From: Raillietiella orientalis
Taxonomy: Eukaryota
Reading direction: 5' to 3'
Assembly (NCBI GenBank): GCA_036172245.1
Contig: JAYWIR010000021.1
Span: forward strand, 2,232,001-2,296,000
Length of the DNA: 64,000 bases
Under the pieces are notes generated by a model. That model saw only the letters and a program-made list of their open reading frames with translations, did not search any database and was not told the origin of the DNA. Every line of letters begins with the position of its first letter. Positions within the stretch are counted from its first letter, which is position 1. The translations under genes were made by a program, and so were the position numbers. Positions 1-12,600 of the stretch are shown here, in pieces.

Positions 1-1435
1 GGTCTGCGGAACTTTTCAGGTTCAGCAGAAATCAGTTGCGCACCGATTGTGATTTCTTGTGATCAATTACGAACTTCTTTCCACCCCGCTTTTGCCAACC
101 ATTTCCCAAGGTATCCCCCACTTGATCGAACTACAGCATTTCCTCAAGTTACCGGCGCACTGCTTCTGTGCGAACCATCGTGTCCTCCCTTCATCGATGG
201 CGCCTGGCTCGCAGAATCCCCCCCCCACCCCCACCCGTGACCTATCCGATGCTCCGCGAGTGCGTTTCGGGGCGAAAATCAAGAAGCGGTCCCTCGGATT
301 GCGTCATCCAAGCTCGGCTCCGGTCTGCACCTGGATCGGTCCCATCGTGAGCTTCTAGTGGATGACTAGAGTGTGCTCTGTTCAGCTCTGTTCTGTCCTG
401 TCCCCCCCCCCCCCCCGAACTGCTCCAACGTCCTAAACGCCTCCCAACGACGTGCCTGCAAACTAAAAACGCGCCTCGCTTCTCGTCTCCATCAGTACGG
501 AAAGTAAGTCGGCATGGAGGCTTTCAATGGAAAGTGCTTTTCTCCATAAGTCCGCTCATTCCCGAAGTTCCCTATCGGAGAATAGGGGGGGAACGAAGCC
601 TAGAGTGCAGGCACCAAACACCTCGACGGCGCAGGTATCGCGCCAGAAACTGCCTCCCGCACGCTGGAAACCGATGGCACTTCTTTTTTTTTTTTTCGAT
701 CCAAGTCGAGTTAACGAAACCGTCGGCCACCGTGTCCACCGCAGAAGTTCCATTCTCTTGCTTGCCGATCTCTAAACACGAGGACAGGAGAGGTGAAAGG
801 GCAAATGAATGTGGGTCACCCGCGAAGAGTAAATTTCTTCTGGGGAAGAGGCCTCCTTGATGTACTGCATTGGTGATGTGTTGGATGACTGCTCGAGACG
901 GGAGACGGCGTCTGCGAATTTCATCCCTTCCGCGGCACCTGGACTTCGGGGCTCCGGAGGAGCGCCGGATGCTGGTCATTTCGTGCTTCTGGTACAGCCC
1001 GCACAACTTCCAACAAGGAAATTGTTGGCGGTGGCCAAAATCAACGAACCAGCGGACGCTCTCGGATGTTTTCGATCCACACGGGAGGTCCAAGGATTCC
1101 GGACGGAAGCACACAGCCTTCCGGGGCTCGCAAAGAATATCAATGGGGGGGGGGAAATGCTTGGCCTTTGGACGCGTGCTTTTGGGAGGCTTGGCATGTT
1201 CCCACGGACCCAGGGGCAGCGCGGTCGCTCAAGAGTCCGCGTTCGAAAGAGAGCAATTTGAATAAATGCGAAATCGAATTATCATTCCTGAGAAAATGGC
1301 ATGCTGTCTGCGTGTTTACAAAGCGCAGATAATGACGTTATTGTGAAAAACAAATCAACACTCTGTGGCTCTGGAGTGATAAGGTCAACTGAAGAACTGA
1401 ACGCGCCTTATCGGTGGTATGAGAACCGAGCGGGT

Positions 1436-1498
1436 CAGCAGCAGCAGCAGCAGCAGCAGCAACAAACAAACAAACAAACAAACAAACAAACAAAAAAA
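1436..1498 (+). repeat. Compound microsatellite: (CAG)8 followed by (CAAA)n and a short A run
   Basis: Read directly: cagcagcag... from 1436, then caaacaaacaaa... to about 1498. Confidence 0.95.
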
Positions 1499-1499
1499 G

Positions 1500-1850
1500 G
1501 ACTGCTGGGCGACTACGCGCCCTCCGCCGCACGCGAGCCGCATCTGCTTTTCTCAGGATCAGCGGAACGCGTGCCATTTGTTGGCTGACTGTCTCAGGGT
1601 CGTCAGGGTTGTCCAGCGAGGGGCCGAGGTCAGCCATGCGGCAAAAGAGCGCCTTCGACTGGGGGGACGCCAAGTTGAAGAGGTCGCGCGCTGTGCGGCG
1701 ACCACAGGGGTTCCTGGCAACGCGGCCGTAACGGTTTCGATCGGCGCGCTCGGACGCGGTTGCTCCCGACAACCACCACGCTGGAGCGACCCTCGGCCGA
1801 ACGGAACGCTTGGCGGAAACGCCGATCGGCGCATGCGTTACCACACGTTG
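1500..1850 (-). mobile_element. Possible highly decayed 3' end of a Tx1/L1-type LINE ORF2
   Basis: Minus-frame peptide ASERADRNRYGRVARNPCG...SKALFC...PLILRKA loosely parallels SNQRTNRVSGGVVSPNCKRCG and ALFC...VRFLQRA in the clear LINE copies at 48-51 kb. A T-rich tract follows, as in their 3' UTRs. Weak, by-eye similarity only. Confidence 0.3.
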
Positions 1851-2696
1851 ACTCGGCGCCCCTCACGGACGTAATCGGAAAGGCCGCCCGCCCGTCGGCA
1901 TTCCGGAAACCTGACGCGCTGGTCAGCCCGACCACAAGTGGGTTCACGAAATCGCTTCGTGCTTTCGGAGGGGCTGAAGCAGCGGATTCACGAAGAATGG
2001 AGCAAATCCTGTTGATGGGGGGCGAGTAGGGAGCTTCCGGAGGTTTCGACGTGTGGGGGGGAGGGAGGTGGGAAAACGAAAAAGCTTCCCCCCCCTCCCC
2101 CCCCTCCCCACAGCTGGCACCTCCCGACTGCCGCATCGTTCTTCTCCATGTGCTTGCGTGGAGCGACGCGCGCACCTCTGCGCGCCGTCCTGGGGCGGGT
2201 CGGCCAAGCACCACCGCAACCGATGGTGCACGGAGGAAAAGCACGGAAGCGTTTGCACGGTGCCACGACCGCAAGCAGGCTCCATCCGCCATCCGTCTCC
2301 TTTGTGTCCGGAGAACCACGAAGCGCCGAAGCGAGAAGGGATTCAGAGCGCAGATGCTCACTGGATAGTGGATGCTTGAGGGATCTTGCAACGGGGTCCC
2401 TCCCACCCTCCCCCTTCTCACAGAGATCGCGCGCGCATCGCGGGAGGCGAACATCTGCGCCGCCCCCGCGGCGCAGGTAAAAACCTGGCGCTGCACTCCG
2501 GCCGCGGATTCCGCCCTTCAGAAAACAGACGGCAGGCCCCGATCTCAAAGGCGCACCCCACTTTGGTGGGGCGAAACGAGCCCGTGGCTGCGCGACCCCG
2601 GAGCGACACGCAGCTACTGCGCGCCGGCGTCGAGGGTCGTGGGGTAGCTCACCTCCCGGATGGAAGAGTGGGCGAAGGAGGAAGGAACGAACCGTT

Positions 2697-2729
2697 ACAA
2701 CAACAACAACAACAACAACAAAAAAAAAA
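2697..2729 (+). repeat. (ACA)n microsatellite with poly(A)
   Basis: Read directly: acaacaacaacaacaacaacaacaaaaaaaaaaa. Confidence 0.9.
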
Positions 2730-4934
2730 GTGGGGTGTCGCGTTTGCGGGAACGCCGGTTAAGGAATTGCGTAAGCCCCGTCCGCGGGCAGGACGAGGGT
2801 GCGTTCGCTGCGAGCATCCCCGAGGAACGGGCCAGTGGGCCGCAGCTCGGATCCAACTCGAAAGCCATTGGAAATGCGCGCGCGCACGCGAGCAAATCCT
2901 ACGAACGCAACCATCGCCTGAACGCCGGCGAGCATCTCGAGATATGATCTCCTGTCCCTCCCTACAGCGTAGGCGGCACACGAATCACTCCTGGATGCCG
3001 CAAGCGGAAACCTCCCAAGAGATGCTCAGCAGTTTCGTCAGGGTTTCGTCGGTCGCGCGACGGAAACAAGATTTTATGGGTACGAGGTTTGTTCCTCCTC
3101 ACCTCAAGGACGACAGAATCTCCCACGAAACTGCAAATACCGCGGTTCGCCATTGAAATCGACACATGTGCGACTACCGAAAGCAGGGGCCAAAGAAAGG
3201 CGAACCCCCCCCTCCCCTCCCCTGCAACAACCCCCTGTCGCGCCACGAAGCGGAATGCCCCCCCCACCCCCCACCCCGCCCCCAAAGACCGCAAGTTCCT
3301 AAAAATGCGACGTTTCCATACGAATACCTAAAACATCTCGGATATTCCGAGTCCCTTTCCCCCCGAATTGAAAACACGTTCGGCGTCGACCGTGCATTTT
3401 ACTCGATAAACAAAATAAAGGGCAGGAAAAAAAAAAAAAAAAAAAAAAAAACCCAACATTAAGTCCCTGCAGATTCATGCGCAGCATTCACTTCATCGAG
3501 GAACTCTATGGATTCTCTCTGGCAAGCGGTCCCCCGTGCATGTCTGCAGCCTCCTTAGCCGATCCACCATGCATTTGCGGTGTGTTTGCGAATTCTCGGG
3601 ATCGAAAACGGGGAAAAGACCAACCAGCCAAAGAGAAAGACAGCGCCGTATGTCGAAAACTGCACGTAACGGCAGTCCAGCGGCAGAAAACGCACCGTCG
3701 AAAGATAGATACGGGGAAAAGGTTCATCGGAAGCTGAACCGCAGCGGAGTGCTGCTGCCTGACCAGGACGGAGGCCTTGCCTCTGAAACCCGCCGGCGGT
3801 GGTGAGGCACGCCACGTTCAGCCACACGCAGGAAAACGGCTCCGTCCGGAGCGGAAAGAGCGTCTTGCGGAAGAGGCGGCTACCTGTCCTTTCTTTGCGA
3901 CCCCCCGGGGCACGCGCACACAATCTCCGGATCCTCATGACGTGCACGCAACTGAAAAAGGTACGCTGACGTGCGGAAATGCATGGATATACGCACACTG
4001 TTTACTCAGCTTGGCTCGGGTGGCACAGGCGACACACCGAACGAATTTCATGACCTTTACACATATACGTTCGATGTATGATTGGCGTCGATGAATGGAT
4101 GTCGCGGACGATCGCGCCGGAACCGTGCCGAAGGCATTCGACTAATTGAACGTGCATGCCCCATCCGTCGAATAGGCGGGTTGATGGGAAATAGCTGCCG
4201 AGTAATGAGTTGGGAGGAAACGACGTCCCAACAAGTGTACCACTGGAATTGCGAATGCGATTGCTTATGGACCTTCGGCCTGAAGCCCCCAGCAAAAACT
4301 TTATTGTAACACACTGACGGGAATAACAAGTGGTCGCAAACAAACACGGGAATCTGTATAAGCAACACCACCTGCGGGAAGTGTGCGGTACACCGTGCAC
4401 ATGACTCGGACACAACGGAATTCGTGATTGCCGAACCGCCAAAGATGATGACGGATGGGGTCCGCTGCTGCGAAAGAGAACATTGGTTGCCGCATCCGAG
4501 AAGAAAGAAAGCCCGGGGAATGTGGCACGACGGAAAGAAAGAAAGCTGTTGCTGACTCACGCGTGCGGTGGGACGAAAGATTCTTGGAAGAACTTAATTT
4601 CAAACGCGTAACAAAAGGAGAAGAGCAGCTAATGAAAAACTGCTAATTACTAAGCGAAATGAGCATCCAGCGTGTTATACAACAGACACGAATTAATACT
4701 CTTTCCAATTTCGAGAACAGTGGCGAGGCGGAAAACCTGCCGATGCCGAGTTTGCTCGTAAGCCAAATACATGCTGCAATTACCTATCACAGACATCATT
4801 CTATTTTCGGAGAAATGATCCACACCGAGATGAGGGAGAGAGAAAGAACTAGCATAAGGCGGCACATGTAGCAAAGTCCTACGGTAATGTGTGGAGGAGA
4901 AAAAAAAAAAAAAAAAAAAATCTATCCCGTGGAA

Positions 4935-5500
4935 CATTCTAAATACAACCCGGGCAGCACGCTCTCCGTGCCACGGAGCACCGTACGGCTGTCGAAGAAG
5001 TTGCATACATCGCCAACCCGCTGGCGGTCGGAACCACGATCTGGAGGAGTGACCTACCGCCGGGCTCCCAGGATGACCTCCTGCTGTTCTATCATGGAGG
5101 ATCCTGAGCGCGTCCAGAATGCGACACTTTGCAGGGGGAAGCGAAGACGGCAAATTTCAAGGCATGTGGTGACAGGGGCTCATGACTCCATGTCCTAACC
5201 TGTCCTACAATGCACCAGGACTGGCAGACCCTGAAATGGGTCATGGGGCTGCCGAACAACTCGACCATGGAAGTCCTAGCTGGGATGTTTCTGGGAAACG
5301 GAAACGCTCCCCTACACAACCCGACGCTCAGGACGACACCATTGCCCTATTCATCACCGCCATCCTAGTAAGATGGGTGGAAGATGAAGAAAGTCAGCAC
5401 GACCGCATCCTCCATGGAGATGCTACGAGGAGTCATCCGGAAGGAGATCGGAATCAGGAAAACTGCGGAAAACCTGCACACGTATATCCTTAGACGGGTT
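4935..5500 (+). mobile_element. Decayed 3' fragment of Tx1/L1-clade LINE ORF2 (zf-RVT region)
   Basis: Stop-interrupted frame IWRSDLPPGSQDDLLLFYHGG*...TANFKACGDRGS*LHVLTCPTMHQDWQTL aligns by eye with LNTSVFPLNWKQDVIMLVHW...SPNCKRCGEVETLPHLLLDCGVLQGLWRKL of the LINE ORF at 48544-50322. Confidence 0.6.
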
Positions 5501-6908
5501 GGACGTACCGTACAGGCACACCCAACGCATGGTCCTCCCCAGTGCAGAGCTACCCATAGTGACTCCCCAAAGTGGAAAAGAAGAAAAAGTGAAAGTGAAC
5601 AAACTCGAGCGTGCCCGTTATGAATGAAATTGCAGTATGAATGAGAGAAAATAAATTTACCCCACCCCTTGTGAGGCTTGGGGAAAATCGAAGAAGTTGC
5701 ACCTTACAGCCTGATAACTGCACTGTGAATCGTCTCATCTACTACTACTACCTGGGTGAACACGCATGTCCAGCAAGTCGAACCCCGCGATTCATGAAAT
5801 CTAAAAAGTAGGCACGACAATCATAAACTCTTGAATTCCAACTAGAGAATGTAATGTGCACAGGGGCCGTGAAAACTTTAGCACGAACATGGCGGCACAA
5901 TCACGAATCACCTGACTTGTGAAATGCAACCAAATCGACCTATCCAAAGGCAGCCCACCCCCTTTGTAATGCAATGCACAAGGATCTAAACCGAAATCCT
6001 ATGCGAGTGCATGCATGCATGCATAGATCCCGCAAAGTTCTCCCCCTCCCCTCATTGGGGGAAAACGTCACCAACACAAACTGTGTTATTTTGCTTCCAA
6101 TCTTGATTCATGATGCACCTTGCCTGGTGAGGATTTCGCCCCTTCGCTGCGCTGAACTTTAGAATTTCACGTCGCCAAGCCGGCACTTTACCAAACTTTA
6201 CTTACCGTCGTCAAACGTCAAACATACTCCAAGCTTGAACAAGTGCAAAATGACTACTTAGTATTCACTTTTTAATGTTGCTGGAGAAACGCTTTTTTGT
6301 AGTCTCTTTCAACGCAAAGTACATAATATAACATCAGGAAAAATGAATTTCCGGAAATGAAAGCTGAGAAATCGACAGGAAACAATGGTGAAAATCAATC
6401 AATTCATTACACTGTATTTCCCACACAATGACCACTTTATCATAAATTACCGAACGTGAACGTTTCTGGGTTCTTGAACTCTTGTTCTTAAATGATTTCC
6501 GACTGCTGTAAGAGTAATAATTTAAAACAACCAAATGTCTAGAGATTTAGTATGTCTCCATTTATAAATCTTTGATGCACACGTCCGAATGTATCTCAAT
6601 TCTGTTTCTTCCTAAAATAATCAAATTGCCAAAATAAAGGGAAATAATGAATTGAACTAAATGAAACATTAGCAGCAAGTAACTGGATGATAGTTCACCT
6701 GCAAATGCAAAACCATGCAAGTGAAGCATAAAGCAGTTGTCAATGTACAAGCATCTAAACAAATAACAACAGTTACAGAGGTAATCATATATGACAACTT
6801 GTGTGAACAGATGGTAAGGCATTTGAAAATGTCAAGATTACAATGGTGTGGAAACAGTCAATGTGAACTCCTTCAATGCACGAAATACATGTGCTGCAAA
6901 TGGAAGCT

Positions 6909-9629
6909 TTAATCTTCTTTGATTCTTGCTTCTGCTTTTGATTCCACATTGCTTTCGTCTTCATCTGAGTAATCATTTGGTGATTCTCCTGGTTTCAGCA
7001 GTCGACCCACATAATCATATTTTTCTACAATAAAGTTTTCCCCCCCAGTGTTCAGAACTTTATGAACGTTAACCTGCAAACTGCAATTCCCATTCTTTCA
7101 CAGATTCCATCTCCAAAGTATTAAGATCACTAAGATCATCATATTGATCTGATACTGCATCTAAGGTGAAAGTTGCCAATCCACGTGATGCATCATGGCC
7201 AGCGTACACGGAATATGGACCATCTACAAAACCAGATTTTCAATTTTTCATTGAAGTCAGATTAGTTAATTCTTGCAATTCCTCAAACTCTATTATTAAG
7301 AATAATGTAACCGAAAGTAACTCATGCATAATGGAAATACTGATTATAGTGATTTGATATGATATACAATTAATGAAATGAAACTTGCTTTTAAATGCAA
7401 CATGCAAGAATGAGAATATGAGAAAAGTTGGTCAATAAATGCGCTATGCAAAACAAATTTTACTTGCTTTCGAGTATACCTCTTTTAGGTTTTTCTTTTA
7501 CTTCAGTTTTTCCTATTTTGCTATTTGCTTTTCCTTACCTTTTTCGTTCTTGCTTATTTTTATGAGTTGTGCTATTTTTGACCTTTCTGAGAATTCACTT
7601 TTTCTGTAGATTAAATGCAAATCAAGATAAAGAATGCCGAAACATTTATACAATGTTTCACGCAAATTGCAAAATATTATCATACATTGGCAATCATTTT
7701 TTAAAATAATAACAGTTTCAAATAAACATCTTGTGACATTTTTTTTTTTTTTTTAGTGGCTTGGGCGAATGATAGAAAACTCCAAAGATATATAATAAAA
7801 CATGTGGACACAACCGAAATTTTCTATCCTGGACATATGCCAATCCTGAATAAAAATGCAAGCTGAAACTATTTCAAAGATCAATTTTTCTTGTTAATGT
7901 TTTCACAATTCTTTAATACCTCTAGTCATCAATATTATGGCTAAGTAATTTCCGAAAATATTAAATAAATGAGAATGATGCTCTTTATTATCACAAGGTG
8001 GAATTTTCTTCTAAAATAACAATGCTGAAAAAATAATTTATCACACAATAGTATAAACTTTGGATTGAAACTGGATTTTTTAATTTTTTTTAATCATAGA
8101 AGTTTCATTCCGCCAATAAATTCTCATAACAAAATAATTTCAATGAACTGTTACGATCCATACATTCTTTATGCAATTTATCTAGATCAACCTCTGCTAA
8201 ATACACATTTCTTTTATTTCAAGTGTACTGTAATAAAACAAATTAATAAGAATTCCACAGGAAATCCCATTTTTTACATTCGCAAAAACTTTCATATCCT
8301 CAGGAAGCAGATAACTGTTTTAGATATAAATGAAGGAAGACAACTGGAAACAGCAAACAATCCATAGAACATCTATCTATACTGCCTCTTGTTATTAACA
8401 CCTTTTCTCACCCTGAATCATGTAACTTTATTTTGTTTCTCATGACAATTTCTTTAAAAGGGTTATGCCTTCTCACTCATATTAAAAAGTTCCAAACATG
8501 TGCCCACTCAAAAAGCAGCAAATTCCATTTTCGTTTCTTGTCTTCTGCCTCTTTTTTTAAAAATCATTCAAGGTCTGGATTATGACTTCCATGTAAACAT
8601 TCTTAAAATATTTCCACTCAAACCAGGACTAATGGGTAACAGAACTGTGACACAACTGGAAAAGTAATCTAATTCAACTATCTATTATACCATTTTCTAA
8701 ACTGGCAAACATTCAAATTATAACGATTGATTGAAAAGTGAAAATAACTGACATGCATCAAAACATGAACTAGAAAGCAAAAATTAATCAAAGTATGGTT
8801 TTCATGGTTTCTCAAATGTAAAGTTCACAGATTTTGCTCACTACTACAATTGCAACTTTTGTTACAGACTACTGAATCATCCTGTTTCATGTAAGAGTGA
8901 TGCATACATTGCTAGATTTAACTATGCACTTTTTAAAACATTTCGATGTCGTTCCATCTACAAATCAAGTACTCTAATGTAACCAAGTGCTATCGCCTCG
9001 ATTAGAAAGTAAAAGATAAAAGGGAGAATTCTTTGTCTGTCTCAACTTTTGTTTACAATTTGTCATGTGAACTCACAGCTCCGTTACCTATAGCACTGAA
9101 GGGGTCGGACTACCAAAGACAACATTAAGACATAATTATTTCGGTACGAGAACATGCATTGCGAAAACTCAATAACTCAAAAACACAAAACTACCTTGGG
9201 GGCAAAAGCAACCCACATGTACTTATAAACTTATTTAATTTCAACCAAATTTCCAACAACCCCATCACCAGAGCAAAAACTATACTCACCAGGTCCATAA
9301 TACTGTTTTGCTCTTGAGACATCAAAAATTTTCCCGTTAACCGCTATCAATATTCTTCCTCCCTCGCTTTTCCCATCGTAACGTTTCAATTCCTCTACAG
9401 TAAAATCTCTCTTTTTTAATCGTACTAGAAGGGGAGGATCAACTACTTGCAAAGTGTGCTTGCTTTTCTTTATTCTAAAGGTTCTGTATAACAAATATAT
9501 ACATACAACAAGTAATAATAAATTCAATGGATTAAACACAAAACTGGCATGTAAATAAAGTGAGCGTAAAAGACCAGGGGCTTGAATGTTGTTATCACTG
9601 TTTTCAACTTCCATATTATAACCGTCCAT
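6909..9629 (-). CDS. PGRMC1: Membrane-associated progesterone receptor component (PGRMC1/2-like, MAPR cytochrome b5-like heme/steroid-binding protein), 201 aa. Exons 9629-9290, 7223-7074, 7024-6909.
   Basis: N-terminal TM helix ([12 protein letters not shown]), then [85 protein letters not shown]. Both introns are GT-AG, phase 1 (2066 and 49 nt). Exons sum to 606 nt ending in TAA. Confidence 0.96.
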
Positions 9630-12600
9630 ACTATATTCACATAATATAGCTAACTTTCTCGTACTTCCTACACCGAGTCAAATTTTTAAAAACTTCATCC
9701 ACGTTTTTCAGAATCCATTGTTACGACCTAAGCAATACCATACTCGATCTTGTAAAAACTGCTTCTACATGGTACACACGAACGAGAGGAATCAACTCGT
9801 ATAAATACATTAAAATAAAACGACAGCCTATCTGAGATAGTTGCTGGAAAATTTTATCAATGAATAAATACTACTACTGCGTAGTCCCTTTAAAAAATTT
9901 CTATCTTTTCTGTATTGCCTTCAAGGTGCCGATCTATAATATGGATGAACTCGAAAATACTACATTTTATCAGAATCATAATCTTTGAATCTTGTTTTCA
10001 GGTCGGAATAATGCCTACCATAAATGTAAAAACGTAATACATCCCATGTTCAAGATTACGAGTATCATAAAACGATATCTCACAGAAAAATAAATAAATA
10101 AACAGATGCCAGCACCCTTATGAAATGTGCTTCACAATCAATAAGGCATCTTCCATTATAAATGTAAAGAACAAAATGAAAGGTCACTCTTAAAATTGAA
10201 ACACTTGATGATAACAGTTCGAATGGTAGCCAATTTTTGATCATTCAAACGTATATATCAGTTCACATTTTCAACAATAAAGCCTTCTCCAGACCTCATT
10301 ATCAATTTATTAATACCGATGATTAGAGATGAAATGATTTCGGTTTTTTGTATAAATTTTAAAACCTTATTAGAAATGATAATTATCAGTTAGAACTTCA
10401 TTAAAATAAAAAAAGTTCTTTGAAAGAAGAAACAAAATATGCAATAAGTTCCAATTATGAATCAGTTTATTCAGAAACAGTCTCAGTAGACATTCCGTTT
10501 TCTCAAGTCTATCAATGATTTCAATTAACCAGATCGAAACAGTTCAAAAGCTAGTTTCGAACGTAGATCAAGTGAAAATTAGGAGATCCAAGAAAATGCA
10601 CTGCTGTCAAAGAGTGTTGAAAAAGTAGGAAACGGAACCTTTTTTGCGATGAACTCTCCAAATACAGTCTTAGTCTCGCAATAATCTTGCGTTATCGAAT
10701 TCCTAATCGCCTCGATTAGAATCAGATAGCTGGACAAAGAGGAACACGTCTTGGACGCTTTTGCAGCCGCTTTTTCTGCAAAATGAGACGAAAACTCGTA
10801 AAGCATTTCTTCGAAAGGGATACGGTCGTCACATGCATTCCTGCTTGCAAATGCCACAGAAGGAGTATCCTGTTTCATCCAAACGAATGCAGAAAATATT
10901 TTCCGTATCGCATTCAGTGACTTCAAAGCGCACGTAACGAGGATAAAGGAAGGATCATCGAAAGCTTTTGCTCTATCAAAACGAAAAGAATTATTGCAGA
11001 ATGGAATTATTCAAAACTCTGAGCATAATCTCATAAAGTTTTTAGTGAACAACCAGCCGATACCTTGATAACGATTATCATACAAGTGAAACAAACACTG
11101 CAAATTAACCCAAAGACGTGACCCTGAGAGTTCCAGTTGAAGGAAATTATGAGTATGCTTGCGTAAATTATTACAATGAAGAATTTTAGAAACTTGGAAT
11201 CATTCCGTTTTTCTCTGTAATAAGGTCCCTACAGTGCCTTTTTCCAAGGAATACTGATGTCACTTGAGAACATGAGACCTTTTTGTTTTCTTACCAAGGT
11301 GAGAGTCAAACTTGATCCGTGATACAATGTGATCACAAAACGTACAATACACAATGGCTTGCATGGAAGAAGCCCGGTATTTCACATTGTACAAACTAAC
11401 AAACTAAATAAACGCACGTAATGAAAGCAATTCTGGTAATGCTTCTACACTACATGATATGTAGATAATTCGAACAAGAAGCTTTAATCAAGTGTACATG
11501 AAGATATCAGTGAGCCTATTTATCTGTCTTATTCACTGTGTGCGAACAAAAACTCCATCGAAAATCTGAAACCTTTGATTAATCCTAGTTTTGGATTTTC
11601 AAATAAGATTCATGGTCCTCTGTCTCTAAGGAACCATCTTATTTCCCTATTTCCTAGAATAAAGGGATCGTTGTGTTTATTTCGTATTTTATTTATTCCG
11701 AAAATCTTGCAGCATTTAGAAACGATACACTGTTATAAGTGAAAATGGAGCTGGGAAAAAAGGAGGCACTTGCATGTTAACAGCAATTCACTAAGTGAGG
11801 ATTTCTAATAATCAAGAATGATAGATTGAAGAAATCTACTGTCCATCTGCTGTGAAACAAATGCAAAATAGAAATGCGACTGGGCAAGACATTTTGCTTT
11901 TGCGGGAAATCCCACACGTCGTAGTCAAGAGGAGTATTAAAACGGATTTCGTCAAAAAAGAAAAAAAAGAAAGAATGGATTCCTAGCTACATTCACAGTG
12001 ATGCTTGCAGATCAGCCTCTTGATGAAAGAGAATGACACTTTTCTTCAAATCGAAAGGTTTTCGTACATTGGGAAATTGCGATCGGGATTTTTGAAATCC
12101 TCCGAGATCTGTCCACAGCTGCTGTACCAGTAGTCAATAAACACGAATAATTGGCCAATGAGTAAGACGTGCCTTTTGTAATCGAATGCAAAGGGAAGTG
12201 CCGTTTTTCTTTTTTTTCCCTTTTCATCCTCCCAGCATCATGGAGCGGTGCTGATCAAAACGTGAGTTTCTCAAAGTGCATAGAAAATCCTCGTAAATGG
12301 CCGAGGGCTTCGCTCAATGCTAAGCCAAGGTGTTTTTCTGAAAGAAGTCCAAGAACAAGAACTACCAAAATACCTCATAAAATTCCAAACATTGATTTGT
12401 AAAAGCTGCAAACTTGACTTGCGACCAAAGCACAAAAATGAACTCATGTTGCCCGGGGGGCCCTCCAAAATCCTTGATTGCCCCACCAAGCTCTGGTGTT
12501 TGCCTGTTTTTATTCTTCTGAAGGACCAAAATGAGTCTTTGCTCAGTTTAGGGTTCTAAGGTTGTTCAGCTTCGTGTTCTCGTGTCAGCTATGCGTTGTG

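Noticed and set aside
790..1270. Possible LINE zf-RVT relic (LLDVLHW, RETASANF, AATAAA at 1261)
   Set aside because: Too few matching residues, and no cysteine motif or 3' hairpin.
12374..12517. 144-nt open AG...GT segment on the minus strand
   Set aside because: No recognisable protein, a weak donor, and a GC palindromic patch more typical of repeat debris.
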